NCBI GenBank assembly: GCA_951406725.2
Contig: OX597816.1
Location: forward strand, 115,506,001 to 115,570,000
Length of the DNA stretch: 64,000 bases
DNA from: Octopus vulgaris
Taxonomy: Eukaryota
Direction: 5' to 3'
Shown here: one piece after another, positions 27,611 through 40,889 of the stretch
How the letters are laid out: each line of letters starts with the position of its first letter
Numbering within the stretch: position 1 is the stretch's first letter
The notes under the pieces: generated by a model
Databases searched by the model: none
What the model was told of the DNA's origin: nothing
What the model saw: only the letters and a program-made list of their open reading frames with translations
Made by a program: the position numbers and the translations under genes

Positions 27611-28900
27611 CGAGGGGCGTTCAATAAGTAATGCCCTGACCCACTTCCCATAGCAGTAGAGCAACGAAACCTGGCACAGTTATTAGTCTTTTTCTACATA
27701 GGAACCACCCAGAGTTACGCATTTCTCCCATCGTTTGATGCGGCTCTGGAGACCGTTTCTGTAGAAGAACCCAGCTTGGTCCTCCAACCTCAACGTGACT
27801 TCAGAAATCAAGGCTGCATCATCTGGGAAACGCTTTCCTTTCAAAAACAACTTCATGATTGGGAAGAGGTGAAAATCAGAGGGTGCAAGGTCAGGAGAGT
27901 AGGGGGATGGGGAGGAGTTCATAGCCATACGCCTGTGCTTCTGATCTGGCGACAAGCGAGTTGTGGACCGGAGCGTTGTCCTGCAGGAGGAGGATGCCTT
28001 TGCTGATCTTGCCCCGCCTCTTGATTTTGATAACTTCTCTTAATTTCCTCAAAAGTGAAGCATAATAGACTCCTGTAATTGTGGCACCCCTTGCCAGGAA
28101 ATCTGTCATCACTACTCCGTCCTGGTCCCAGAAGACTGTGAGCATGACCTTGCCAGCAGAGGGCTGCACTCATGCCTTCTTTGGAGGAGGTGAGTCACGG
28201 TGCTTCCACTGCATTGACAGGGCTTTGGTCTCTGGATCATAGTGATGGACCCAGGTTTCATCCTGTGTAATCAATCTTTTGAAAATTTTTGACTCATCTT
28301 CTTGGCACATCTCCAAGTTCACCCTCGAGCACTCGACGCGTTCTTGCTTCTGGAAAGGCGTGAGCAACCTGGGAATCCATCTGGCAGACACCTTTTGCAT
28401 ATGCAAATGGTCATGAATGATAGTTTCCACAGACCCGGTACTAATCTTGACCTCATGGGCTATTTGGCGAATAATTATGCGTCGATCTTCCAAAATGGCA
28501 GCCTCAACTTGACGGACAGATGCCTCATCAATGGCAGAAGGGGGCGACCAGATCTGGGAGCTGTTTCCACAGAGTTCCGACCATGTTTGAATTCACGATG
28601 CCAGCGTTTTACAAGGTCATATGATGGGGCATCATCACCATAAGTTACTTTCATTTCATCAAAAGTCTCCCGTGGTGTGCGTCCTTTCAAATACAAAAAC
28701 CGGATCACTGCTCGACACTCAACAGGCTCCATTTCACACTTGACTCGGTTCAAACACCTGTAAATCAGAAACCACAATTAATTCAGATTCTGTAATTTGC
28801 CACTTACTCTATAGAGATATAAATGATTGCACATGCAAAATTTCAGCTAGATCAAACAACTGCAAGTGGGTCAGAGGCATTACTTATTAAACGTCCCTCG
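27611..28900 (-). mobile_element. Full-length mariner transposon (irritans/Hsmar2-like), 1290 bp, TA target duplication
   Basis: TIRs cgaggggcgttcaataagtaatgccctgacccactt (27611) and aagtgggtcagaggcattacttattaaacgtccctcg (28900); TA at 27609-27610 and 28901-28902. Confidence 0.95.
27683..28732 (-). pseudogene. Mariner D,D34D-type transposase pseudogene
   Basis: MEPVECRAVIRFL...WIPRLLT...ITQDETWVHHYDPE...LLQDNAPVH...YSPDLAPSDFHLFP; frameshifts near 28540 and 27910, stop at ~28170. Confidence 0.93.
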
Positions 28901-28930
28901 TAGTAGAAGGAAACTGAAAAGAGCCCGTTT

Positions 28931-29005
<75 letters not shown>

Positions 29006-29157
29006 TAGCTGAGTTAGAGGTTAAAATAACCGTCTAAGGAATTCATTACACTACCGGTATATTACCTATGTTTAACCATGGGCATACATATGCAAGCATA
29101 TTATGCTCATAAATTATAGGTAAAGACAAGGATAAACATGAGTTTATCAAGCATCAA

Positions 29158-29556
29158 AATTTAAGGAAGACAGAAAATGGAGAAATATCGATGAAAAACA
29201 ATGACTTACATCAATTATTGTTTATTGACTCAATATAAAGAAACTGCAATTATTATTTAACTACAGCTGTTTCTGCTTCCAATGTTGTATGGTTTTACCA
29301 TTGATATGCTAAAAATATTTATCAGTTTTAGTAATAAAGCCAATCTGAAACATGAAGCTTGGTCAGAGTGAATAGTAAATAAAGAGCATAGAGAAGACAA
29401 AGGGGAAAAGTTGGATATGGTTGTAATCATACCATTTTACTTGTGTATCTCTTTGGGACGTTAAATAAATATATTTGTATTGAATCAATAAATACTAATT
29501 AATGTAAGTTAATTGTTGTTCATCGATATTTTTCCATTTTCTGTCTTCTCTAAATT
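29158..29556 (-). mobile_element. Foldback element with ~83-bp inverted ends and a degenerate hammerhead-like motif (Penelope-like terminus)
   Basis: Arms 29158-29240 and 29472-29556 are reverse complements; minus strand reads CTGACCA-AGCTTC...GAAGC-A-GAAAC-AGCT-GTA. Confidence 0.65.
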
Positions 29557-29584
29557 ATATATATATATATTCTTCTTTTTCTTC

Positions 29585-29952
29585 TTTTACATGTTTCAGT
29601 TGTTCGACTGCGGCCATCCCGGAGCAACGCATTTAGTCAAGCTAATCGACCACAGGACTCTTTCCGGTGTCTTTTGCTGAACCGCTAAGTTACGGGAACG
29701 TAAACACACCAGTATCAGTTGTCAAGCGATTGTAAGGGGACAAACACACGCACACACACACACACACACACATATTTACATATATACGACGGGCTTCTTT
29801 CAGTTTCCGTCTACCAAATCCACTCACAAAGCTTTGTTCAGCCCGAGACTATAGTGGAAGACACTTCTACTATAGGTGCCATGCAGTGGAACTGAACCCA
29901 GAACCATGTGGTTGAGAAGCAAGCTAATTACCACACAGCCACTACTGCACCT
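29585..29952 (-). mobile_element. SINE family A copy, CpG-retaining
   Basis: gttcgactgcggccatcccggagc...gaaccgctaagttacgggaacg...ccacacagccactactgcac. Confidence 0.85.
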
Positions 29953-29961
29953 ATTCTTTTA

Positions 29962-30194
29962 TTCTTTTACTCGTTTCGGCCATTTGACTGCAGCCATGCT
30001 GGAGCACCAACTTAAAGTGTTTTTTAGTCGAACAAATCGCCCCCAGGAAGTTTTTTAAAGCCTAGTACTTATCCTATCAGTCTCTTTTGCCGAACCGCTA
30101 AGATACGGGGACGTAAACCCACAAACATGGGTTGTCAAGCGGTAATGGAGGGGACAAACAGAGACACATACACATAGATATAAACATATGTATG

Positions 30195-30245
<51 letters not shown>

Positions 30246-30280
30246 ACGGGCTTCTTTCAATTCCCATTGACCTAAATCCA
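29962..30280 (-). mobile_element. SINE family A copy, 5'-truncated
   Basis: ctcgtttcggccatttgactgcagccatgctggagcacc...gccgaaccgctaagatacggggacg. Confidence 0.85.
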
Positions 30281-30358
30281 TATTCTATATCGTTATAATC
30301 ATTGCTAATATGTGTGTGTGAGTGTGTGTGTGTGTTTGTGTGCATGCGTGTGTGTGTG

Positions 30359-30509
30359 TTCAAAAGGATTGCTACGGAAGACGGAGTGTAACTAGAAGCT
30401 TTATTTAACACAACAATCGTTTCGGCTGCCTTCTGGGGAGCATTGCAGAAGGCAGTTGTGCTGAATAAAGCTTCTAGTTACATTCCGTCTTCCGTATCAA
30501 TCATTTGAA
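30359..30509. repeat. ~150-bp hairpin resembling an inverted Penelope-type terminus
   Basis: ttcaaaaggattgctacggaagacggagtgtaactagaagctttatt / aataaagcttctagttacattccgtcttccgtatcaatcatttgaa, with inner stem ctgccttctg/cagaaggcag. Confidence 0.85.
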
Positions 30510-30690
30510 ATATATCCAACGTGCCCCTAGGAATTCCTGATGTAGAAGGCGCAGTAACGTGGATGACGCCTGGTAGGTATAAGTGGTGAACGTGCTCGGC
30601 ACGCACTCTACGTGGAACTTATCCAAAACAAGGTTTGGATACTGCATTTTAATGTTCCTATCTAAAGCTCAATTTTAATTCAAAATTTAG

Positions 30691-30748
<58 letters not shown>

Positions 30749-30985
30749 AGTGTATACACAGATGCATATCTATATAAATAGGTACGTGTGTGTGTGGGTA
30801 TATATATATATATATATATTTATGTGTGTGTGTATACATAGATGCAAATCTAAATAAGTACGTGTGTGTGTGGGTATATATATATATATATATGTATGTA
30901 TATATATATATATGTATGTATATATATACATTCCATGTATGCTGTCAAGCGATATATATATATATATGTATAATATATATATATG

Positions 30986-31033
<48 letters not shown>

Positions 31034-31295
31034 ATGTGTAAGTATATATGTATCTATAAATATGTATATGTATGTATATATATATGTATGTATATGTATA
31101 TGTATGTATATGTATATGTATATATAAGTGTCTTCTATGCCTATATATATATGTATGTAACAAACTGAAAGAAGCCTGTCGTATATATATATATATATAT
31201 ATGTGTGTATATATGTGTATGTATTGCTTATATATATGGTGTGTACGTGTCATATCAAATATATATATATATAGTATATATATATATATATATGG

Positions 31296-31368
<73 letters not shown>

Positions 31369-31844
31369 ATATTCATGTATAAAAGTTTGTGTATTAAAAT
31401 CTGTATTATCATAACACATTGTTGTTCAGCAGCTTACATTTTCACAATTTATAATTACATACACATTCTACCTTCTCCAATATGTACATGTATGTGTTGC
31501 AGACATGTATGATATGCAGCAACAACAGCAGCACTGCCACCATCACCATCACTACCATTGTATTGGCTATGGTTGTTAAATAACTAATTTTTCACCTTCT
31601 GTATGTTTTCCTCTTAATTTATTGTTTTATAAATAATAATCATACCTATGTTGTTCATATCTTTTGTTGTTTAGTGATGTAATTTTATTTCACGTTATTT
31701 ATTCGAGGTAAAGCTTGCCATTTATGTTGCAAGGTAGAAAAATGAGTGTGGGAGTTGGTGAGGGGAAGATTGAATAAGTTATTCTTTTATGACTTTTGCT
31801 GAGTGTATTGAAGGAGGAAGATTAAGAGGAAGATGATGATGATC

Positions 31845-31900
<56 letters not shown>

Positions 31901-31989
31901 TATATGCTATATGTGTGTTTGTGTGTGTGTATGTACATGTATATATATATATGCATACATACACATACACACACACACACACACATATA

Positions 31990-32028
<39 letters not shown>

Positions 32029-32509
32029 TACATATATATGTAGGGAAGAGAGAGATATTACACACACACAAACAAACACACACGCTCTGATATATGAAAG
32101 CTAAGAAAACTTGAAAATTGAAGCTAAATTTGTATGTAATACTTGGAATGAACGGAAAATGTTTTACTTTCTTCCGATTTTCCATTCTATTATTCTATAT
32201 TATTTATCTGTTTATTGTATTTTTTCTGTTTGATTTGTTAATCAAAATATGATTACAGAAAATTAAAAATGAAATACAAATGGATAATTAAAATCTGAGA
32301 AATTTATAAAATAAAAATAAAAGGAATATTTTAACCTCCAGCTATGAAAATGTTGTACTTATATATCTGTATAGGCATGCAAATTGGTTGTGTATTTTGT
32401 AATAACAAAGCAAAGGAGCCTGTCTCTACATAAAGATACTGCCCTATGTTATTTTGCATAGGTAACTTGTTTAAGAGATAAAAATAAACCTACTTAGCCT
32501 ATGGTGTAT

Positions 32510-32680
32510 AGTTTGGAATATATTTCTACTGAGACCTTTGGCGATAACCGAGATCCTAGGCGATATACTGTGTTTGAGAAAACTCGTCAAGCTAAGTGAA
32601 ATTGCAGCCACTGGCGTTGCCGGTGAGACGTAACTGGCACCCGTGCCGGTTTATGGAAGGCATCCAGCCATAGAAATGGA
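32510..32680 (+). mobile_element. RTE-type LINE ORF end and start of 3' UTR
   Basis: RDLWR...RYTVFEKTRQAK* followed by ggcacccgtgccgg...aaggcatccagccatagaaa, the complement of the 24020-type UTR. Confidence 0.6.
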
Positions 32681-33484
32681 GTATCAGCGTAGTATTAAAG
32701 ACTGAAAGTGAGCTGATGCGACAAGTACAGAGTGTGTTACACGTATGTCTGAAGGCTCACGTCTGGTACATGGGACAACACAATTCAAGAATGAGAGTCA
32801 AGGGCATTTGCAGTGATGAAAAAGATCCCTGTTTCGCTGTCAGTTTTGACTGAAACGCAATGTAAGTTGTTTGTGAGTGCGCAGAGATCATGAAAAATAT
32901 ATGGTCCACGGGGGTCAGTATAGGTCCTGAAAACCACAAAACCAATCCAATGCAATTCCTTGTCATAAGTTCTGGAACAAAAGCAATGAGACTGCAATGC
33001 AAAGCAGAAAACTAAGCGATCACATTTGCGGCAATAAGAGCCATTGGAGCGCTTTCTGTCTTGAAGATCTTGGAAGGTAAATGACAAAACAGCAGTAGGA
33101 CTCGCAACAACAACAGCAGGACAACGTTTTTATTATCTATGCTCAGTTTATCTGCGATTTTATTGTATGAGTGGGCTCGATGACAATAATAAAGGAAAGA
33201 TTATTTTCTTGTTGTTTAGAGCGTTGGAAAAATGCCTTATGATAGTTTTTTGGCTTAAAAAAACCCAAAAAAACTCTGAATTGAAAATCTGCCTAGCTCC
33301 ACTACCTTTCATCCCTCTGGCGTCGATGAACCAAAGTTCCATTTACGTACCGGGATTGGTGCAATCAACTAAAAATTCTGGTCAATATTTGAAGCCATTA
33401 TTATAATTAGTTTTACTGAAATACATATATGTGTTATCAAGTTTAAAATACCAATTCCGCTTTCTGTGTTTATTATTATGGCTA

Positions 33485-33650
33485 AGGCGGCAAGCTGGCA
33501 GAATCGTTAGCACGCCGGACAAAATGCTTAGCGGCAGTTATCCATCTTTACGTTCTGAGTTCAAATTATGCTAAGGTCGACTTTGCCTTTCATCCTTTCG
33601 AAGTAGATAAAATTAGTACCAGTTGCGTGCTTGTGCCAAAATTTTAAACC
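33485..33650 (+). mobile_element. SINE family B copy
   Basis: ggcggcaagctggcagaatcgttagcacgccgg...gttctgagttcaaatt...gtcgactttgcctttcatcctttcg. Confidence 0.85.
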
Positions 33651-33914
33651 AGTACGTATAATTAAAGTATTATTTTAGTGCGTAGAATTAAGTGTTATTG
33701 TGTATATAAATAAACACACACATGCGTGTACATATGTATAAATATGGTATAGTATTCTGTACTATGTTGAAATGTGCGACATGTAGCCATACATCTTAGC
33801 TTATAAGAAAGTTCCACACACCAATATTATACCCAGCGTCGTTAGATGAAGGTAATCAAATCTGAGAATCAGCTATCGCACAGAATTAGTCACGATATAG
33901 TATTAAGGGTTTAA

Positions 33915-34105
33915 CATTTTGGCATAAGGCTAGCAATATCGGGGAAAGGGAACAGGTCGATTACATCGATTCCGGTGACCAACTGGTAATTATTTAATCG
34001 ATTTCGAAAAGTAAAGTAGACCTCAGCAAATTTTGAACTCAGAACGGAAGAAATGCTGCTAAGCATTTTGCCCGGCGTGCTAACGATTCTGCCAGTTCGC
34101 CGTGC
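33915..34105 (-). mobile_element. SINE family B copy
   Basis: Ends cccggcgtgctaacgattctgccagttcgcc. Confidence 0.8.
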
Positions 34106-35093
34106 CAAAGTTTAATTATATGTATTAAAATACATTAAATAGATATTAAAGTATCGAGGACCTAATCACACTTAAGCACCTTTAAAAATTAAAATGTTAA
34201 AATTTTTTTTTGTCACAAATATACCAGCTGTTAAGTTTCCTCAGCCGGTTGTTTGCGGCTTAACTAAAAGTGTAAACTCTCAAACCAGTGGATGGGCCTC
34301 ATTGTTAGAACATCGGGGAAAAAGGTAGCTGCAGCATCTATTTATGGCCATTTATGACCTGAGTGCAAATCCATTCAAGGACAACGTTGTCTTTAGTTAG
34401 TCTGAATTCAATAAAAATAAACTAAACAGTCGAATACTAGGATCAATTTAAACATTCCTATAATACGTGAATGAAATTAAAATAGTTTAAGGAATCATAT
34501 GTCACTTATATAAAAAAAAAATATTCTAAGGAATAAAATATTGAATGTAAAGAAAAAACGAAAGAAATTGCTTTATATTCAAGAATATGCGATTGATAGA
34601 ATTGCATAGATATATATTGCTTATGCATTGTTAATATACACCCACTAACATCAACAACAGAAATCTGAGAAAAACAATACCCGGTAAAGGTAGTGGGGTG
34701 ACTATCTATTGTTATTAAAACTTGCAACAAAATCTAACTTTATTCTAATCTATATAAAGAAAAATAAGAACAGATAAAACGAAAACAACAAAACTACGAC
34801 GAAATAGCTATTGCGATATGTGAACAGACTTTCTAAGGCTTCTGTCTTCTTAACATCTATATAGTGACTCTCTTGGGTTGTTTGCTTAACCAAAAGGTAG
34901 ACAGACGACGATAACAATAATAAATAAATTAAACAAACAAAAAGAAAAATCTCTCATGTGTCAACAATTCAGTAAATGCTCATGTGGCTTCTGTGACAAA
35001 TACCTTTACAAGGTTTCCGGTGATGCGATGGGCAAAACACAGAGCTGAGAATGTGAAATCTTAATGTAAGAAATCATTTATATACGTACATAT

Positions 35094-35130
<37 letters not shown>

Positions 35131-35734
35131 TATATATATATATATGGACATATATACACACACAAACATACAGATACGCAATTATATACATACACATACA
35201 TGCATATTTATACATATATAATAGAGATATATATACATACATTAATATAGAGAGATAATATATATTACATAATACGTTCTTTATAAATATACATAATACA
35301 TTATGTATGTTCTTGCGTGTGATTGTATGTGTGTATGTGTGTTTGTGCATGCGTGCACGTATGTGTGTGTATGTATGTATGTATGTATGTATGTATGTAT
35401 GTATGTATGTACTTATGATTTATTTTTGCATTGTTTTGTTGAACTTTTATATTAAAACTCGATATCAATTTAAAACTTAGACAGGAGAATATATTAAAGC
35501 GCATAATGTGAATAATGATAACAGAAATCATATTTTTATTGTTGCTGTTGTTGTGTAACCCCGAGTCAGCCGTCATTAAGCAGACCTATGATCAAAAGTC
35601 AATCATAGTCGGTAATTGGTCAGTTTTGACCAACAGATCGTTATGTATATTTTAAAATGGATTTTTCTTCCTTGGCTCAACTGGATGTGGTTTATGGGAT
35701 TTTTGGCTGCTATATTGAGCTGATAAATATAAAG

Positions 35735-37772
35735 GCGATGAGCTGGCAGAATTGTTAGCCCGCCAGGAAAAGTGCTTAGGGGCATTTCGTCCGTTGTTGA
35801 TTCCAAGAGCCAGGATGCTTGTTGACAGTCCATTATTGTTCAGTCCCAGGCTGATGATCAAACACACTCCAGCCATGATCATTTCATCTTCTTTTCCCCC
35901 TATATGGTGTATCTAAGACTACATTATCTAATATATACTTCTCTTTCTTAAGATGCTAGTATGAAATTTGACGTTCTGTGTTCAAGTTCCGCCGAGGTCG
36001 ACATTGCCTTTCATCCTTTCGGGTTTGATAAAATAAATACCAGCTAAGCACTGGGGTCGATGTAATCGACTTGCCTTCTCCACCGAAATTGCTGACCATA
36101 TGCCAAAATTTGAAACCAATATTTAGCTGATAAATTGACCAAGTGGAGACCCCTTGTTCTTAATAATAATTTTTTCTACCTAGCCACAATGGAGTTGAAG
36201 GCATACAATTTAAGAGTAGATATTGATACTTTAATCGATCCCAACACTTGATTGGAACTTTCTTCAAGTGTAGAAGGATAAAAATTGAAACAAAATTACA
36301 ATGTGATTCGAAAGAGACGTAACTAAATACTGGACTTTACCGTTTTTGCCTCTCAATTATCATCTAGAATAAAAGAAGGCAGAAGGAAATTAAGGAGGAT
36401 GGTTATAGTGATAATTGCTTTTGATATAGACTCAAATTTAGCAGTTCTGAGAGGAGGGTTGGTTTGATTACATCGACATTTGTACTTGACAGGTACTTTA
36501 TTTTATCGATTCTGAAGGGATGTAAAGGGAAGTTGACCTCAGTGGGATTTGAACTCAGAAAGTAAAGAACCGGAACAAATACTGCTAGTATATTTGTTAA
36601 CGCCTTCACAATTCTTCCAATCGACCGCCCTCTGTTAATAATCGCCTTTGACTTAGGCATAAGGTTAGCAATTTGGTAGGAGGCGTTGGTCGATTATATC
36701 TACGCCAGTATTTAACTGGCACTTTATTTTACCGACTCTGAGAGGATAAAAGTCAAGCTAACGACAGCTGAATTTAAACCCAGAATGCAAAATGATGTAA
36801 CAAATATTAGACGGCAATTTTCAACACTCTAATGATTTAACCAGCACGTTGCCAAATTGTATTTATTTATGCGCCCTTTTCAAGCCTAACCAGGCTCATG
36901 GGCCCAGTTTCTCGGTTTCTGTGGCGTATGTGTTCCCTTCAGCTAGACGGGACGCCAGTCCATCACAGCGTTACTCAAGAAACAGGAAGAAAGAGTGAGA
37001 GAAAGTTGGGGCGAAAGAGTACAATAGGAGTCGCCAAGACCCCCTGCCGGAGCCTCGCGGAGCTTTAGGTGTTTTCACTCAATAAACACTCAACGCCTGG
37101 TCTGGGAATCGAAACAGTGATCCTCCGATCGCGAGTCCGCTGCCCTAACCACTGGGCCATTGCGCCTCCACACGTTGCCAAATAATAAAACAAATAGTTT
37201 CAAATTACGGCACAAGGCCGGCAATTTCGAGGTTAGGGGCAAATCGATTAAATCAACCCTAGTGTTCAACTGGTCCTTATTTTATCGACTTCGAAAGGAT
37301 TGAAAGGCAAAGTCGAACTCGATGGAATTGCAACTTAGGATGTAAGGATGGACAAAATATAGCTAAGAATTTTGTCCGGTGTGCTAACGACTCTGGCCGC
37401 TCACCACCTTGATAACAATAATAATGATTTCAAATTTTGACACAAGGCCAGTAATTTTGAGGCAGTGTTCAACTGCTACTTATTTTATCGATCCCGAGAA
37501 GATGAAAGGCAAAGTCGACCGCGCCCTAATTTGAACTCAAAGCGTAATGACGGACAAAATACCTATTTCTTTACTACCCACAAGGAGCTAAACACAGAGA
37601 GAACAAACAAGGACAGACAAACGGATTAAGTCGATTATATCGACCCCAGTGCGTAACTGGTACTTTATTTATCGACCTCGAAAGGATGAAGGGCAAAGTT
37701 CACCTCGGCGGAATTTGAACTCAGGATATAACGGCAGACGAAATACTGCTACGCATTTCGCCTGGCGTGCTG
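35735..37772. mobile_element. Dense cluster of about 8-9 SINE family B copies (two +, the rest -)
   Basis: Repeated cores ggatgaaaggcaaagtcgac / gtactttattttatcga at ~36005, 36250, 36495, 36720, 37275, 37480 and 37660. Confidence 0.8.
36858..37170 (-). mobile_element. tRNA-derived SINE family C (V-domain-like) with 13-bp TSD
   Basis: Head ggaggcgcaatggcccagtggttagggcagcggactcgc...gtttcgattccc; gatggactggcgtcccgtc segment; TSD cacgttgccaaat at 36845-36857 and 37171-37183. Confidence 0.9.
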
Positions 37773-37794
37773 ACGACAACGACAAGAACAATAA

Positions 37795-38115
37795 TATCGT
37801 TGTCCGAGGTGAGGGTCCTATCCCATACCATCATCGTTTTATCAAAGTTAGCACGGACAAAACATGTAGAATATGTTGATTTTGTGAAGACAACATTGAT
37901 CACAGCCTCTCTCGCTGCACCAGTAAAAAATGAATATATTCATCGCCACATGAAATCCGCATACCTACACTAAAAACATCTGTAGAGAATATTATATCAC
38001 CATCTACGAGATACTATGACAACAAACCAGGAACAGTTTCCATGTATGATTATGCTTCCATCATATGAGATACGCCGCACCAGATAGGCAGGTAAATCAA
38101 AACAAACGGGCTAAT
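37795..38115 (+). mobile_element. R4/Dong-type LINE relic (CCHC knuckle region)
   Basis: DKTCRIC*FCEDNIDHSLSRC...H..RYYDNKPGTV, heavily degraded. Confidence 0.55.
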
Positions 38116-38851
38116 TTCTATCCTCTAAAGTTGAATATAATTAATTATTATAAACATCACATATAAAATCTATGAACTGGTTAATATGTTAAGGCAAGAG
38201 TCACAATTTGCTTTGTATTCGAGTGTTTTACGACATACGTCTAATTGCCAGTCACCTTACTGTAGAAAGGTTAAAATAGTGTAACTAAATGCACGCCATC
38301 AGCACACACACACACACGTATATATATATTTATGTTATAGATATAGGGTAAAAAATTATTAATTTATAATTAATAAATTTCACCAAGTAGTTTCGGTATG
38401 GAAAGGAACCATATTCGGTAAAAACTTATACAAGAAGTTTTATATATAATTATAACAATAATTAAGGGTTTAGCAACGAGTTGCTTAACCACATACCGAA
38501 AAATTTAGAAATAGCAGCCAAAAGACCGTTATTTCTTTTCGCTACAAAATATGACTCCACAGACAACCCTCTCTGTAACTCACACAGGCAAAAAAAAAAA
38601 GAAGGAAAATAATGAAATCAAACAGTCTTCGGTTTGGTATATAGGTATATATATAAAAGATGAGCAACAGTGAATATTTTGCTCAATACTACAAATTTGC
38701 TTGTCAGTTGTTTGACCTTCACCAGATGTGTGTTTACGCCAACAAATATATGTAAGGGTATGTATAAACATACTTGTATATGTATGTGCGTGTATATACA
38801 CACATAAATATGATTGTAATTGTTAATGTGTGAATGCATTTTAATTTATAA

Positions 38852-39178
38852 ACAAGAGCACTCATAGAGCGCAAGCCTCCGCCAAGGTAATACCAACGTT
38901 CTCTCAACAGTTTGCCAGAGATGATTTTTGAAATGAGAATATCTGAAGTAAACTCGACTGCTCTCACAAACGAGAATTTTAAAAATGAACCCGACCGCTC
39001 TCAAAAATTAAGTAAAAAAAACAGGAAAAATAGTCCAGAACCAGATCGATCGCAAAATCTAATCAGCTCGTGCCAGTCACGAAGCAAAGCATCTCTAACA
39101 GTTTCATCCGAATCCATCCAGCAGTTCTTGATATATGTTGTCCACGGACAAACAAACAAACACGACTGAAAACAATAA
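38852..39178 (+). mobile_element. Probable Helentron-associated (HINE/DINE-like) non-autonomous element, 3'-truncated
   Basis: Begins aacaagagcactcatagagcgcaagcctccgccaagg and ends agtttcatccgaatcc...ggacaaacaaacaaacacgactgaaaacaata, an architecture I recall from HINE-type repeats. Confidence 0.5.
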
Positions 39179-39203
39179 TAAGAGAAAAGTTCTCAATACA
39201 TGT

Positions 39204-39502
39204 TTTGTTGTTTGTTTGTTCCTTCTCAAGCTATGCCAGGTTCATAAGGGCCGGTTTCCCAGTTTCCTTGGCGTATAGGTTCCCCACCTGGACGGGACGC
39301 CGGTCCGTCGCAGGTGAGCTGCAAGATGCAAGAGGAAAGAGTAAGTTGTGGCGAAAGAGTCAGCAGAAGTTCGCCATTACCTTCTACCGGAGCCACGTTT
39401 CCGCTCATAAACACACACATCGCCCGGTCTGAGATTCGAACCCGCGATCCCTCGACCGGCGAGTCCGCAGCTCTAACCACCAGGTCATGTGCCTCCCACA
39501 CA
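39204..39502 (-). mobile_element. SINE family C copy with 10-bp TSD and (AAAC)n tail
   Basis: Head gggaggcacatgacctggtggttagagctgcggactcgc...gggttcgaatctc; TSD caatacatgt at 39194-39203 and 39503-39512. Confidence 0.9.
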
Positions 39503-39617
39503 CAATACATGTAGTAGACTTTATTGATTTATTGAAAGTCGAGGCTTCTGTTTGTTATAACAAGCTTCCCATTCTTGCATTTCAATCACTGACACACACA
39601 CACACATACACACACAA

Positions 39618-39648
<31 letters not shown>

Positions 39649-40664
39649 CAGAGGGAGGGGGAGACAGAGGGAGAGAGAGAGAGAGAGAGAGAGAAGGGCA
39701 ACTCAGAGTAGCAACAGAAGAGTACATAAATTTGAAATAACTGTATGTTTCTTCAGTTATCGACCTGTCTACAACATCATATTTTATTCATATTTAGATA
39801 ATACACATTCATCAGATATAATTAATCAGGATGATAGGTTCTACCACCCTGGGTAGTATTGTAGATTCTCCAATATTATCCACATGTATTGAAATATTAC
39901 AGTTCTAAATTATTTTAAGTTGATGATTCGTATTTATTCATACAATATCAATATGTATAGTCATACAGTGAATATGTATAATGATAATGAATGTGAACAC
40001 TTTCCAGGTATTTCGATATTTCGATGTGGTTTTTGCATAACCAAATGATTATAAGAATCTATTTTGTATGTATCGTTGCATGCAAAAGTTATTTTAAAGT
40101 TGTTGTTAAATAGATTTTTAATGCAATAAAAATGCGCATTCTATAGATATTTTAAGATACAATTAGTGAAATATTACAATATTACATACAGTATTTTTGC
40201 TTACGTGTGTGGAAGAAACTAAGTTTGGTGTACTTCGTAAATATCTGAGTATCGTGCTTAAAAGCTTCTCAAGAAAACAATCTGCAGGATGAAATACACT
40301 GTATACAATGTATTGCCTTGTTAACATCTCATATTGCATATTAAATTATTTTCCTTAGTAATGAATTTCTTTTGTAATGTTCTAGAGGTATAATTACGCT
40401 GATATATAATCATAAGTTGATCTGCTATGCTGTTCTAATTAATGGCAGATATAGCTATGGTTGCATAAATAAAGAAATTTTCTGGAACCATTGTGCCCAG
40501 AGTAGATCTTCTAGATGGGAGACGCATGTTGTGAATGGCAATTGTATTTTGCGAGTTTTATTGTTATTTGGGTTCTCGTAATTTGAATTGTTACATTTTT
40601 TAAGACATGTGAATGGTAGCACATCAGTGAAGCTTCTCAGCGTCAAATGAACAGACTATATATA

Positions 40665-40720
<56 letters not shown>

Positions 40721-40889
40721 CAATAATAAATCTCTGAGCGAGATGTAAACAGTAGTAGTACAACACCGTAAGGTATATTTGCCACCTAAATGTGGCTGAC
40801 CTATATGGGACGATGCTACTGTAGTTTATAACCCCAGGAAGACATCTCCTCCAGCTGGCTAACGACACACTGTGTCCGATCAATATTTG

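Larger units (their letters stand above)
27488..28930 (+). mobile_element. SINE family A 5' half interrupted by the mariner
   Basis: ...ccttgtgagtggattTA [mariner] TAgtagaaggaaactgaaaagagcccg rejoins the SINE consensus. Confidence 0.85.

Noticed and set aside
32757-33110. GC-richer stretch with 81-100 aa ORFs
   Set aside because: No frame gives a motif I recognise; left unannotated.
38380-38425. Hammerhead-like ccgaatatgg...ccataccgaaac on the minus strand
   Set aside because: The CUGANGA box and spacing do not fit; probably a repeat end but not supportable as a ribozyme.
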